A stretch of 41,125 bases of DNA from a virus (Duplodnaviria; Caudoviricetes), in IMG/VR virus record IMGVR_UViG_3300045285_000056, positions 1 through 41,125 of that record. One strand, written 5' to 3'. Both the position numbers and the translations under genes were made by a program. Under the pieces are notes generated by a model, which saw nothing but the letters and a program-made list of their open reading frames with translations, had not been told where the DNA came from and made no database searches. This document shows positions 24,228 through 34,558 of the stretch, piece by piece. Numbering within the stretch: the first letter of the stretch is position 1; every line of letters begins with the position of its first letter.

Positions 24228-25433
24228 TTAGGCCGTTAGTGCAGAAAGTTGCGCCAATGTGACTTGCAGTAAGCGCAGTTGCACATTGCGAATCGTCCCG
24301 CCCCACTGCGAACCGCCGCCAGAATGCCCGACTTCGATATTCGGTCCCGCGCCCATCGTGCCGTCGAACGCAACGTTGGTTGCCGGAGCCAGTCCATCCC
24401 CGGTGATTGCAAGCCCGGCGATGCCCCAGGAACTAGCGCGCTTCCTAACCACGCCGTTCATGTCCGCTAAGCCGGATTTAGTTACAGCAGTCGTACCGTC
24501 GAATGTCCGTATTCCAGTTGTTACGGACTGAGCGTAAAGAAGTCTGCCGTTCGCGGTACAGCAAAGTGCGAGCATTCCAGCACCTCCGCTATCGGCATAA
24601 TTTGTGCTCAATTCAGCGTAAGCGGTGCCTTGCGTGAAGTCGATGTTGCCTGCGGCCACGTAGTCGAGACGGTCTGCGGCCCTCGCGGAGCCAGCGCTTG
24701 CCATTGGGGAAGTTGCCAACTGCGTTGCGGTCAGAGCCTCGAACTGGTTGAAGTCCGCCTCAATCACGTCGGCAGCGCTGCCCATGATGATGCCGAACGC
24801 GGCATTGAGGATGGATGCATTCAGTTGGACGCGAGTTTTAGTGATACTGTTCAATTGCGCCGTTACATCCAGCGTTGTCGCACCCTGCTGAATCACGATG
24901 GTCCCAGAGCCAGAAACGCGCCGCAGAAACACGCTGTAAGTGCGTGCCGTGGCCGCAGCGACCAGCGTTTGCAGGATCGTTCCGCCGGGCGCGGTGCAGG
25001 TAAGCGTGGTGCAGGCGTTGGGTACACCGTCGATGCCGGTTGCCGTCTTCGCAGGGGTGATGCCTACAGCGACCCACGATGGGTCGGTCATGTCGCGGAT
25101 GGCAGCAGTCGGCGTAACCAACTGCACGCCCGCAGGCTCGCTCCAGTAGCCGCCATACGGCCCTACGGCGGTATCTCGGCCTAGATAGGTCGCGCGGGCA
25201 ATGCCGGTTGCAACAGGCGCCCAGAGTCCGCTGGCAAGCTTCGTCCAATCTACCGACGCGCGGGTGAGGGTGGCAACTGCCGAGCCAGCAGCAATCGCTG
25301 GAACAGTGTTGACGATGCCGTTGCCGAGGTCATCCAGCGGCAGAAAGAATGAAGGGAACGATCCGCCGCCGGAGCCGCCTGTGCCTCCTGCGAGCCGCAC
25401 GAATTTCCTGCGCTGGCCTACGCGAACTGTCAC
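24228..25433 (-). CDS. Virion appendage (head spike or fibre, LamG/ConA-like)
   Basis: TLTRAS, ARAADRL, QGTAYAE and GTIRNV motifs. Gly/Ala/Thr-rich. Confidence 0.7.
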   Translation of the reverse strand: MTVRVGQRRKFVRLAGGTGGSGGGSFPSFFLPLDDLGNGIVNTVPAIAAGSAVATLTRASVDWTKLASGLWAPVATGIARATYLGRDTAVGPYGGYWSEPAGVQLVTPTAAIRDMTDPSWVAVGITPAKTATGIDGVPNACTTLTCTAPGGTILQTLVAAATARTYSVFLRRVSGSGTIVIQQGATTLDVTAQLNSITKTRVQLNASILNAAFGIIMGSAADVIEADFNQFEALTATQLATSPMASAGSARAADRLDYVAAGNIDFTQGTAYAELSTNYADSGGAGMLALCCTANGRLLYAQSVTTGIRTFDGTTAVTKSGLADMNGVVRKRASSWGIAGLAITGDGLAPATNVAFDGTMGAGPNIEVGHSGGGSQWGGTIRNVQLRLLQVTLAQLSALTA

Positions 25434-27031
25434 GGCGCACTCAGCACGCCTGTCGCGCTCGCCATCACCGCGCGAGACCCTGTTCCGGCAAGGCTTGTAA
25501 TCTTCACCGATTGCCCAGGCGTCGGATCAATCGTCAATTGGCCGTTCACATCAATACTGATCAGACAACTCTTGGTCCCTGTCGCATCGCGGATTGCATA
25601 CGTCCCGGCCCGCAACGTGATCGTATTGCCTTTAATAGTCAAATCGCGCGCTCCAGGCGTCCCTGCCGCGCTAAATCCGGCGCTCTGATCTACTCCGTAT
25701 CCGGCGATCGTCACATCCGGGAAAGCCATAAAGCCGGATATCATCGGATTCAACAGGTTCGGATAGAAAGCGTTGAATGCGGTATTTGCATACTGCGGAA
25801 CCAGCGTTCCGACATTGTTGCGCACAGTGCCAAGAGTAAAAATACTGCCGCGAATGTGGTTATTCAGGAACAAATCTGCCGACCACATGTTATCCAGAGC
25901 AATACCGGCTCCGGTGCAATCGAGGGTAAGATTCGAGCAAAACAAAAACGGTTGAAGCGCTGTCGTTTTCAAGTGCTGCACACTGATTGCACCAGTTGGC
26001 GTATCAATGTACGTTTCGCTGGCAAACGCCGTAACGCCATCATTGCGGATGCCGATACCGCCAGCACCCAAGCTCATGTGTGTGTGGTCAATGTAGATTG
26101 CGCTCGTGTAGCTCGATCCCGATGCAGGCAGCATGTCGATGCCAACGTGTGCGAGGCCAGGCATTTCGCAGTTGTTGATGCGAATGAGGGATGATGGAAA
26201 GTTCCCTCCTTGGCACTTCACGTTGTAGGCCGTGAAGCCGACGTGGAGAGTGTCGTCCATAGAACAGGCGTAAGCGCCGCTGCCAAACAGCACAGCGCCA
26301 ACACCCGCATTTGCACCATAGAGCGTCACATCGCGGATTCCGACGTTTGAGACGACCTTCGTGTTGTCACCGACTTGTACGATAGGCAGCGCCGGGTTGA
26401 ATGGTTCCCATCGCTGCATCCCGGCGACGAATCCCTGACTGCCTCCACCATTTCCAGGACCAATAAGGGTCAGGCCCGGCTTCGTCACCACGATGTTGAA
26501 CTTTGGCGTACCTGGGATGTAGAGCTTCGCGCCCTGCGCGGGCAGTGCCGCAATCGCCGCGTTGATCGCCGCGGTCGAATCGGTTGCGCCGGTAGAACTG
26601 TAACCGCTGAAGTCTGCTGCACTTACCTGGACTTCGCGCAGTTTGTCCTGTTCGGTGCGCGGTACAGCGCCAACGCCAGCTTGCAGGAAACCGACGAGTG
26701 CGGAACCGCCTGGAGCAGCGAGCGATGCGGCAACACCAATAGAATTACTGACGTTATCCTGAGATTGCAGGACATTGTTGAGCGAGTCTCGCAGTTCAAA
26801 GCGATACGCCAGGTCATCGGTGATCCAGATTTCAGAAGCCCCTGGAACCCTGCCAGCGGCATCGAGCACAATCGGATTCGGTGCCAAGGTTCCGATGCTG
26901 TCGGAGAATGTGGCCTGCGGCGCGCTCGTTCCGGCGGCAAACGTGTAGAGCAACCCGCCGCTTAAGACGATGCCGCCGTTGGTAAATCCCTGAAAAAGGA
27001 TACCTACAGACGAGGCTAAGGAAAGGCTCAC
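25430..27031 (-). CDS. Tailspike or depolymerase (beta-helix)
   Basis: N-terminal LYTFAAGT...NPIVLDAAGR attachment domain, GAVPRT..DKLRE, and DSTAAINAAI...LYIP. GTG at 27031 with SD GGAG. Confidence 0.85.
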   Translation of the reverse strand: MSLSLASSVGILFQGFTNGGIVLSGGLLYTFAAGTSAPQATFSDSIGTLAPNPIVLDAAGRVPGASEIWITDDLAYRFELRDSLNNVLQSQDNVSNSIGVAASLAAPGGSALVGFLQAGVGAVPRTEQDKLREVQVSAADFSGYSSTGATDSTAAINAAIAALPAQGAKLYIPGTPKFNIVVTKPGLTLIGPGNGGGSQGFVAGMQRWEPFNPALPIVQVGDNTKVVSNVGIRDVTLYGANAGVGAVLFGSGAYACSMDDTLHVGFTAYNVKCQGGNFPSSLIRINNCEMPGLAHVGIDMLPASGSSYTSAIYIDHTHMSLGAGGIGIRNDGVTAFASETYIDTPTGAISVQHLKTTALQPFLFCSNLTLDCTGAGIALDNMWSADLFLNNHIRGSIFTLGTVRNNVGTLVPQYANTAFNAFYPNLLNPMISGFMAFPDVTIAGYGVDQSAGFSAAGTPGARDLTIKGNTITLRAGTYAIRDATGTKSCLISIDVNGQLTIDPTPGQSVKITSLAGTGSRAVMASATGVLSAP

Positions 27032-27082
27032 AATGCGCTCCGAATCCGTGATATAAGTAAATTTTTCATGGGGAGAGGGAAA

Positions 27083-27214
27083 ATGACTACGGACCAACTC
27101 GCACGCGCGGCAATGGTAGGCGGATTCGCGGTAATCATGCCGATCCTGCGCGTTTTTCTGGAGAGGGGATGGAATTCATTGGTTAAACGCTGCCGCCGTC
27201 GTCCCGCCGAGTAG
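27083..27214 (+). CDS. Antisense-oriented 43-aa membrane peptide (moron-like)
   Basis: MTTDQLARAAMVGGFAVIMPILRVFLERGWNSLVKRCRRRPAE, with SD GGGGAGAGGG and AT-rich upstream sequence. Confidence 0.5.
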   Translation: MTTDQLARAAMVGGFAVIMPILRVFLERGWNSLVKRCRRRPAE

Positions 27215-28879
27215 CGGCAATCCGCGCTTGATTGCGTTCGCCACTGTGGGCGCCATATCAGGCCGTTTCGTGAGCAATGCTGCGATGGCATTTTGCCCGA
27301 CTTGCGTATAGGGCAATGCGCCAAGCGCTGCGCCTCCTATTGTCGCGGCTGCGCCCAATGGGTGCGCGTTGGCGAGGTATCCCAGACCGCCAGTAGCGGC
27401 GAGCCCAACGAGCGAGCGCAGCGGGGTTCCTGAATCAGGCACTTTCTGGCTCAAAACAGCCTTTCCCGCGTCGCTCAAATCCTGCATCAGCGCGCTGCCC
27501 TTGGCGAAGTTCCCGTGCGCCACGCTCTTGTCCTGCGCCTTAACCGCCGCGCTTAGTTGCGCCGGCGTGAAAAGACCATCGTGCGCCCCTTGTGATGCCG
27601 CCGCAGCCCGTATGCGCGCGTAATTCGCCCATCCGGTATCGATTGCGTGGAGTTCCGCAGCTTGGCCTGGATTGGCCCGCTGAAGCGTTCGGTTTATGGT
27701 GCTGTGCATCTCCTGCAATGCGTCCCCCAACTGCCTGTTATCGAAGGATGGATCGCTTGCATAGCCGCGCGCTTTGCGCAGCAATTCGCTTGTCACGGTT
27801 TTCAGCGTTTCGCCGTTCATCAAGCCGCTAGGTGTGGCTTTTCCGAGCTGCGTATTCACGATGTTGTTGAATTGGGTCGCCTGCGCCGGAGGCAATTGCG
27901 CCACCATCGCCTTAAGCCCGGCGAAGTCCTGCGCGAACTGCGCATCCGGCTTGAATGACAAGTTAGGCAAAAGCGCGTCGTAGCGGTCGCCTAACTTCGT
28001 CGCTACCGCATCAACGCCGTCGCGTCCGACGATCCTCGGCGCTTTTTCTCCAATCGGATCGAGCGCTCGCTGATAGGCCGCGGTATTGAAATCTGACAAT
28101 CCGCGCCCCTGCGCGGTCTTGATGAAATCGCCAAGGAACGGGATGCTGGTTGCGGCATCTTCCACACGCTGCGCCGCACCGCCCATGATTTGCCCTGGAG
28201 TCGGCGTGACGCCTGCATCCATCAATGTGCGCACCTGCGGATTTACTTTCGGACTGACGACGCGCCCTATGGCGTTTCCTACAGGCGTCATTACCGCACC
28301 GCCAACTGCTCCGGCCAGCGCCTGCGCGGATTTTTCCTTCGCAAATTCGGTGCCAGTCGCAGGAGTCGATAAAGTCGCGCCGATCGCACCTCTAGCGACA
28401 TTAGCAACAAGTCCAGGCGCACCGACTTCCGGCGCGATCCAGTTGATCGGATTCAGTACGTTGCCCACGCCGCGCGTCCAGTCAATCCCGGCATCCGCAC
28501 CGCGCCTTGCCTGATAATCTGCTTCTGCCTTCTGGATCGAAGTATCGAGAGACTCGGAAGCGCCGCCGATTGTTTCGCTGACAGCGTTCGGAAACAGTCC
28601 GCCGCCGCTGGCGAGCGCCTTATTGACGGCCATCGAAGCGCGTCCCAGGGGTGAGTGGAGCAGTAATTGCGCCGTCGCTTGGAACGGGTCATTTATGCCC
28701 CGCAGCAAGCGTTCATGCCAAGGCAATCCCTGTTCGCTTGCCGCAGCCGGCGCTTCCAATTTCGCCGGAATCCGCAATTGATCGAGGCTTCCTACCTGAT
28801 CGGCAAGCGTAGTTGTCGGGGCAGTTGGCGCGCCTCTCAACGTATCGAGCCCTTCGATCTGGGTTGCCAAATCGCTCAT
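27176..28879 (-). CDS. DNA ejection (internal virion) protein
   Basis: Ala/Gly-rich, with VPDSGTP and a hydrophobic C-terminus. Third gene of the ejection trio. Confidence 0.75.
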   Translation of the reverse strand: MSDLATQIEGLDTLRGAPTAPTTTLADQVGSLDQLRIPAKLEAPAAASEQGLPWHERLLRGINDPFQATAQLLLHSPLGRASMAVNKALASGGGLFPNAVSETIGGASESLDTSIQKAEADYQARRGADAGIDWTRGVGNVLNPINWIAPEVGAPGLVANVARGAIGATLSTPATGTEFAKEKSAQALAGAVGGAVMTPVGNAIGRVVSPKVNPQVRTLMDAGVTPTPGQIMGGAAQRVEDAATSIPFLGDFIKTAQGRGLSDFNTAAYQRALDPIGEKAPRIVGRDGVDAVATKLGDRYDALLPNLSFKPDAQFAQDFAGLKAMVAQLPPAQATQFNNIVNTQLGKATPSGLMNGETLKTVTSELLRKARGYASDPSFDNRQLGDALQEMHSTINRTLQRANPGQAAELHAIDTGWANYARIRAAAASQGAHDGLFTPAQLSAAVKAQDKSVAHGNFAKGSALMQDLSDAGKAVLSQKVPDSGTPLRSLVGLAATGGLGYLANAHPLGAAATIGGAALGALPYTQVGQNAIAALLTKRPDMAPTVANAIKRGLPLLGGTTAAAFNQ

Positions 28880-30474
28880 GGCTTGATTCCAAGCTGGTGC
28901 GCTTCAATCCCCATGCGCTTGAATGCCTGATATTCCGATTCTGACATTTTGCCGATCATGGCCTTTTTTTCTTCATCCGTCATTTCGGCCAACTGCAAGA
29001 TGCGCGGATCGATCTTGTTAATTTTCGCCAGCGTAGCGTTATAGACTTCAGGTCCTACAATGCCCTTGTCCTGAAGCCCTTTAACCGGGCCTAGAATATC
29101 CTGCTTTGCAAGCGCCAGTTTCCGCTGCGCGATAATCTGATTAGCGGCTTCCCGCACCGCTCCAGGCGTCATATGGACGTTGGGATTCGTGGATTCGAGC
29201 AGGCCGCGCAGCGCGTCTGTATTGCCGCCAAGAGAGGACATGTTGGCGTTTTTGATGAAAATATCGGTCGCTGTTTTCGCCTCCTGCGCCGTTTTCGCGC
29301 CCAGGATATTGGAAAAAAGCCCTTGCGTCTTTTGGTCGGATGCAAATAGACCGCGAATGCCCTCTATGTAGGACCGCCTATCCGCTTCTACGCCAAGAAC
29401 CGCTTTCGGCGCCAATGCCTTCAGATTTTGCATCACGCCTATATCGGTTCCTGCGCGATCTGCCTGCGAAAGCGTCTGCTCCCAATGCTTATTGATCGCT
29501 TCGACGGTTCCCAACTGACTTTGAACTATGCCAGGCGGAGCGCCGGCGAGCGTTGGCTGGCCCGCTGGTTGCCCGACGCTGATGCTGAATGGTCCTTGCC
29601 CGTTTAGTTTTCGAGCAAGGTCGCGCGCCGTTGCGTCGTCAGGTACGGTGAGCCGCGTCGCAGGTAGTTGGCCGGAAGCCGGCGGCTGCCCGACAAATTG
29701 CGCTTGTCCTGACGGGCTGTAAGTGACCGTCGCCGGCGGCAATGTGGTGCGGACACTTTGCCCCGGTGCGTTCTGTCCGATCTGCACCGATGGCGCGTTC
29801 CCGCCAACCGGAGGTTGCGTTATTTTCTGCTGTATTTCGCCGCCAGTCTCTATTGTTGTTGCCTGTGGAGAAAGTGCCGATTGCTGCTCTGCCGGCCCCA
29901 TCATTGACTGTGACGCTTTGATTGCGGTATCGGCCACGTGCGCACCTGGCGTACTCAGGCTCAATATCTTTTTCGTCGCCTCAATGTACTGTGCCAAGTC
30001 GCGGTCATTTGGTTGTGCGGCTTTAAGGTTATCCAGTTCGTTCGCGTATGCGGTAGGGTCTTGAATCCCTTGGCGCCCAAGAATGCCTAATGTATTCGCC
30101 ACAAGTCCGCGCGTGCTTTGCGTGAAGTTTTGCTTCGCCTGCAATGCGGAAGTTTGGGCACCGGATAGCACGGACAACTTTTGCAGCACCTCGCCACCGG
30201 TATAAGGCGCGATCTTCGGTATAGCCGCGTTCGCCTTGTCCAGGTCAATGCGCCCATTAGTCTGAAAATTGTCCGGGTTCGCCATGAATTGCTGCAAGCG
30301 CAAGCGTTCATCGTTCGCCTGCTGCGCTTTCTGCAAGTCGATGTTCTGACTCTGAAACGACTGCTGCGATGTCTGCAACTGCTGTGCCTTGCCCGCAATA
30401 TCGAGCATCGACCCGAGCGAGTTCATCGGGTTTTGAACCTGCGGCTGCGCGATGTACCCGTAGTCAGGCGGCAT
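28876..30474 (-). CDS. DNA ejection (internal virion) protein
   Basis: Gln/Ala-rich helical protein at the expected position. Confidence 0.72.
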   Translation of the reverse strand: MPPDYGYIAQPQVQNPMNSLGSMLDIAGKAQQLQTSQQSFQSQNIDLQKAQQANDERLRLQQFMANPDNFQTNGRIDLDKANAAIPKIAPYTGGEVLQKLSVLSGAQTSALQAKQNFTQSTRGLVANTLGILGRQGIQDPTAYANELDNLKAAQPNDRDLAQYIEATKKILSLSTPGAHVADTAIKASQSMMGPAEQQSALSPQATTIETGGEIQQKITQPPVGGNAPSVQIGQNAPGQSVRTTLPPATVTYSPSGQAQFVGQPPASGQLPATRLTVPDDATARDLARKLNGQGPFSISVGQPAGQPTLAGAPPGIVQSQLGTVEAINKHWEQTLSQADRAGTDIGVMQNLKALAPKAVLGVEADRRSYIEGIRGLFASDQKTQGLFSNILGAKTAQEAKTATDIFIKNANMSSLGGNTDALRGLLESTNPNVHMTPGAVREAANQIIAQRKLALAKQDILGPVKGLQDKGIVGPEVYNATLAKINKIDPRILQLAEMTDEEKKAMIGKMSESEYQAFKRMGIEAHQLGIKP

Positions 30475-30476
30475 GG

Positions 30477-31265
30477 CTAATTGCTAAAGAGGGTATCGAA
30501 TACGGGCGGGCTCGATCCGCCGCCGCGCCCAAGGAATTGAGGCAACGCGAACCAGCTTGCCGCATTTTGCAAGCCGCCGCCAAGCGCATTCGCGGTGCCC
30601 ACGGTTCCAGCGGCCTGGGCCGCGCCGCCCGCAATCTGGGACTGCGCCGCGTTACCGGAGATCGTAGCGCCCGCATTGCCCACATTCGCATTCGCCGTCT
30701 GTCCCAAGCCAGCGATGCTCGATAGCCGGTTAAAAATGTTCGTCTGGTTCGCCGTGTAGTTGGCGAAAGCATTTTGATAGGCATTCCCGGCGAAGTTCTG
30801 AGCGTAGTCGTTTATGCCTTTTAATGTGTTGCCGGAGAATCCAGTTTGCAGGTTGCTCGCGTTCTGCACCGCGCCCAGGCCCTGCCCGAGCTGGAACTGG
30901 TAATTCGGCGCCAGATTCGCATTCAGATCCGCGGCACTGAATTGGTGCGTGAACTGTCCAGGTGCGATGCCGCTGAAAGCATTCGCGCCAGTCTGCGAAC
31001 CATCGGACAGGCCGGTTCCAGCCGTGGAATCGAATGGGAAACCACCCGCGCCCGTTGCGCCAAATCCGGTACCGAGCGCGGAGAGTGCGTTATAGCCTTG
31101 CTGCCTATAGGGAGCCTGCTGCTGATTGATCGTATTGAACATTTGCAACTGCTGATCCGTCGCCTTGTTAGCGGCCCCGGCGGCTTGATCGGATGCGTGG
31201 CTGGATGACGCGGCCCCGAGTAATCCGCCGACGATGCCTGCCCCTGCAATAAGCGCGAATGGCAT
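30477..31265 (-). CDS. DNA transfer protein (P22 gp7-like)
   Basis: Hydrophobic Gly-rich N-terminus, QQAPYRQQGYNAL and PNYQFQLGQG. Confidence 0.8.
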   Translation of the reverse strand: MPFALIAGAGIVGGLLGAASSSHASDQAAGAANKATDQQLQMFNTINQQQAPYRQQGYNALSALGTGFGATGAGGFPFDSTAGTGLSDGSQTGANAFSGIAPGQFTHQFSAADLNANLAPNYQFQLGQGLGAVQNASNLQTGFSGNTLKGINDYAQNFAGNAYQNAFANYTANQTNIFNRLSSIAGLGQTANANVGNAGATISGNAAQSQIAGGAAQAAGTVGTANALGGGLQNAASWFALPQFLGRGGGSSPPVFDTLFSN

Positions 31266-31269
31266 GGAG

Positions 31270-31620
31270 TTACCCCACTTTCTCGATAAATGGCTCGCCC
31301 AGATCGTCTGGGTCTAGCCCTTTGCAATCGTGGATGCAATAGAGCAGCGTTTCATCGGCAAGCGCCACGAATTGATGATGCTCGCCTGCGCCAATGTCGA
31401 TAAACGCCGGGGCGTAGAAAGTCAGGTCGATGCCGCTGGATTTAACCAGCACAGAACCGTGCGCAAGCAATGTCAAATGCGCGTGCTTGTGCGCGTGGCC
31501 GATGCAGGATTGCCCGCGCTCGGCGAGGTACATGCGCTTTACGAACACGTTCCCGATGTGCCTGAAAAAGTCGGCAGGCTGTACGGCGAGCGGAACGGAA
31601 CTGAGTGCGGGTTCGATCAC
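31270..31620 (-). CDS. Cupin-fold protein
   Basis: GHAHKHAHLTLLAHGSV...APAFIDIGAGEHHQFVAL...YCIH. Confidence 0.8.
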   Translation of the reverse strand: MIEPALSSVPLAVQPADFFRHIGNVFVKRMYLAERGQSCIGHAHKHAHLTLLAHGSVLVKSSGIDLTFYAPAFIDIGAGEHHQFVALADETLLYCIHDCKGLDPDDLGEPFIEKVG

Positions 31621-32036
31621 GTCATCAGTCCATTGCTAATCAAAACTGTTCTCATGTTATTTACAAGGGCGATGAGGGCATCCCGATTGGCTTGGGTGTC
31701 ATAGCCGCCCGCTGCTGTTCCTATTCCGCCCGGCGGTGCGGCACCCCCTGAAGCGACTGGCGCGGCGCCTGCAATCGTCGTCAGCTTGGCATCGGCCGGC
31801 TGAAATACGCTAGTAGGCTGAAACGCCGCTGTGCCGAGCGCTCCACCGTCTTGCAGCGTCTTGCCGGATGGATCGGCAAAGGTGGCAATGTGGCCAAGCG
31901 TTGAACCTGTCGGCCCGGTAACATTGCCCGCGAAGGAGAGGCTGTTCTGCTCCTGCCTGAAATACGACTGCCACGTAAAATCCATGTAGCCGCAGCTATC
32001 GATTAATTTGCATTCGGGAAAATAGAGATCAGCCAT
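31617..32036 (-). CDS. Tail needle or tail accessory protein (gp26 position)
   Basis: Starts MADLYFP...TWQSYF, directly after the gp10-like gene. Confidence 0.55.
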   Translation of the reverse strand: MADLYFPECKLIDSCGYMDFTWQSYFRQEQNSLSFAGNVTGPTGSTLGHIATFADPSGKTLQDGGALGTAAFQPTSVFQPADAKLTTIAGAAPVASGGAAPPGGIGTAAGGYDTQANRDALIALVNNMRTVLISNGLMT

Positions 32037-33475
32037 CAGTTGCTCCCGGCCGATGCGTTCAGGTTCGCCGATACCACCACGCGGAAAATTGGATCTGTAG
32101 TGACGATTTCGAACACGCGATCGCGCGCCCATCCGAGCCTGCGCTTGATCGCGCGGTTGCGGTACTTGCCCATTTTGCCGAGCTTCAGCACGTGGTTATT
32201 GCCCCATGTCTGCCCGCCGTCGTTGCTCCAGCGCAGAATACACTCTGGGTCCGACCCCTGTCCCGCGTTCAACCCCATGCCCGGCTGAAACTGAATCTGC
32301 AAGTCATGGAAAAATTGCCGGCGCAGGTCACTCGTCAAATGCCTGCACCGGCGAAGGCACGGCAACGGCGCACCGTCGTCCGTGAAGGTGGTTTGCGAAA
32401 GCGCGTAGATTTTTCCGTTTTGCCAATCTCCGACGACGATATCGTTGCCGAACACCGCGACGCAATTGGCACGGTGCCTGTTATAGACGCCAAGCGGATC
32501 ACGCCATGCGCGCTTGTGCCATAGCGTCGTTGCGAGGTCATAGACCCACGTGATATTTTGCGTCGGGAAAATGAGGAAGTAAAACTCGTGCCCGGACTGC
32601 GAGTAGGTGAATCCCACGGCATCGTTCGTCACGGCATAGCTCTGGATCGCCTGTTCCACGGCGAAAGTAGAAATGCGCTGCGGGTTCGGTATCGCGGCAC
32701 CCCACGTAATCACCGTCGCATTGCCGCGCGTGTCCTGCGATAGAAACGCGATGCCTTCGCCGAGGCGCGCGATACTGTGCGGAGCGCCGGTTCCGTGCTG
32801 CATCGAAGAGCCCGGAATAATGGCGAACGGAAACGGGAATGTCCCGACATTGACCCAACGCTCCGAATACTGCTCCCCGATCAGGAGGATTTGCCGATGG
32901 TCTGCGATGAGTGCAACCACATTGCCGCCTGCGCCGATCATGGCGCCCAGGTTCAGCGGGCTGGATGTCGCCACATCAACATCACTTGATCCCCATTGGT
33001 TCGTGCCGGGCCGGTTGTAGACGAAAAAGTTATCCACTTCATCGACCCAATCGGCGCCGCTAAATGCGCCATCGGTCAGCATGGCAAACGCACTCGCGCG
33101 CCAGTCGTAACTGTAGCGGTTCGCCCCGTCTGCGAGCATGGCGACGAAGTTATTATCGGCAATATGCACGATGCCGGCTGAGGTTGCGAGCGTGCCTACA
33201 GCGGTCGCTACATAAGCCTGCGTTACGCTATAGAGCACGTTGCCGACTACGGCGAGCATCAACTCTCCGCCTGGGAGCGTGTGCAGCGCGCGCACTTCGG
33301 CAACGGGGCATTCGTGGCGCAAAAGCAGGCCCGGAGTTGGCAGCAACGCGACTACGCCGCGCTCGTCCGGTTGCTTGGTCGTGTCTACCTCTGGCATCCA
33401 GTTGATACACTCCTGATTATCCTGGGTAGTTGAAAAGGCGACATAACTTGCGCCAACGAAATTGAAATCAGCCAT
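32036..33475 (-). CDS. Tail hub / packaged-DNA stabilisation protein (P22 gp10-like)
   Basis: Motifs CINWMPE, PTPGL, GHEFY, TWVYD, WSNDGGQTW and RRLG..RDRVFE. Confidence 0.9.
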   Translation of the reverse strand: MADFNFVGASYVAFSTTQDNQECINWMPEVDTTKQPDERGVVALLPTPGLLLRHECPVAEVRALHTLPGGELMLAVVGNVLYSVTQAYVATAVGTLATSAGIVHIADNNFVAMLADGANRYSYDWRASAFAMLTDGAFSGADWVDEVDNFFVYNRPGTNQWGSSDVDVATSSPLNLGAMIGAGGNVVALIADHRQILLIGEQYSERWVNVGTFPFPFAIIPGSSMQHGTGAPHSIARLGEGIAFLSQDTRGNATVITWGAAIPNPQRISTFAVEQAIQSYAVTNDAVGFTYSQSGHEFYFLIFPTQNITWVYDLATTLWHKRAWRDPLGVYNRHRANCVAVFGNDIVVGDWQNGKIYALSQTTFTDDGAPLPCLRRCRHLTSDLRRQFFHDLQIQFQPGMGLNAGQGSDPECILRWSNDGGQTWGNNHVLKLGKMGKYRNRAIKRRLGWARDRVFEIVTTDPIFRVVVSANLNASAGSN

Positions 33476-33621
33476 ATGCTATGATTCCAGTCCCGGCAAA
33501 CGCTCTAATTGAGCGGCGCAGCGGCGGTATAGCCAGTCCGAAAGGTGAAGCCGAGCGTCGCAGACTTGCGGTGAAACTCCGCACTTAAAGGAAAGCGTGC
33601 TCGCTATGGCAGCCGTCATTT

Positions 33622-34554
33622 TCATGGCAGGAAGCCGCCATGAAGGAAAAACCCGGCATCTACGCGCCCAGGCCTGCCAAGCAATTCCGGGTCGAATGAC
33701 ATCACCTGCGGGGGAACGGAGTTTGTGCGCTTCACCCATGCGCGCGAGCTTGCCGCGTGCTTCATGATGATCTGCGCGACTTCGCCGCCTTTGCCGTATT
33801 CCGGGAGCAACTGTTCCGCGAGATTCCAGCGAATTGCGGCGGCGTAACCCTGAGGCAGATTGACTGTATCTGAGAGCGTCGTGAATCCCTGCAATACTGT
33901 CTCGACGAATAGATGAACTTCGCCGGATGAAGGCACCGGGTAGTAGGTAATGTTGCCGATTGGACTCGTCGGTTGATAGTACACTGCGCGCGGCCACGGA
34001 CCATTCAACTTTTTCAGCCCGAGCAATTCGAATCGCTCGATATTCATCGGCGTAATCGGATAATCGATGCCAGACACGCGCACGAACCCAGAATTGATCC
34101 GCAACGGCCGCTCGTAGGATGACTGCATCGCCACGCTTCCAACGGTTTGCGGAACATTGACGATGTAGGTGCCGATGTCGCCCGCGCCGGTCTGGAACTG
34201 CGTAATCTTCGTTCCAGGCGAAACGCCAGCACCAGTTATCGTCATGCCTAGTGCGATATTGCCAAGTGGAATGGCGGAAACGGTAAGTGTAGGCGGAGGG
34301 CCGACAGCGATTGATCCGGTAAAGGTTCCGCCTATCGTGCCGCCGGGGCCTAGCGTGTATTTTTCTAGATTAGGTTGCAGCGTGTGGATGATCTCAGAGA
34401 CATATGGCACCATGAGCGTGGCATTGCTCCATGTCGCCAGCATATCGTTGAGCGTATCCAGGCAATCGTTGAAATCGTCCGAGTCGATCGGTTCGCCCGT
34501 TGCGTAGGCGCCGATGCTGCGTAGCGCGCGAGTGCAGAGATCGAGCGCTTGCAC
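33622..34554 (-). CDS. Head-tail adaptor (P22 gp4-like) with inserted beta domain
   Basis: ALRSIGA...LNDMLATW and LPQGYAAAIRWNLA. Confidence 0.8.
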   Translation of the reverse strand: MQALDLCTRALRSIGAYATGEPIDSDDFNDCLDTLNDMLATWSNATLMVPYVSEIIHTLQPNLEKYTLGPGGTIGGTFTGSIAVGPPPTLTVSAIPLGNIALGMTITGAGVSPGTKITQFQTGAGDIGTYIVNVPQTVGSVAMQSSYERPLRINSGFVRVSGIDYPITPMNIERFELLGLKKLNGPWPRAVYYQPTSPIGNITYYPVPSSGEVHLFVETVLQGFTTLSDTVNLPQGYAAAIRWNLAEQLLPEYGKGGEVAQIIMKHAASSRAWVKRTNSVPPQVMSFDPELLGRPGRVDAGFFLHGGFLP

Positions 34555-34558
34555 GGCG

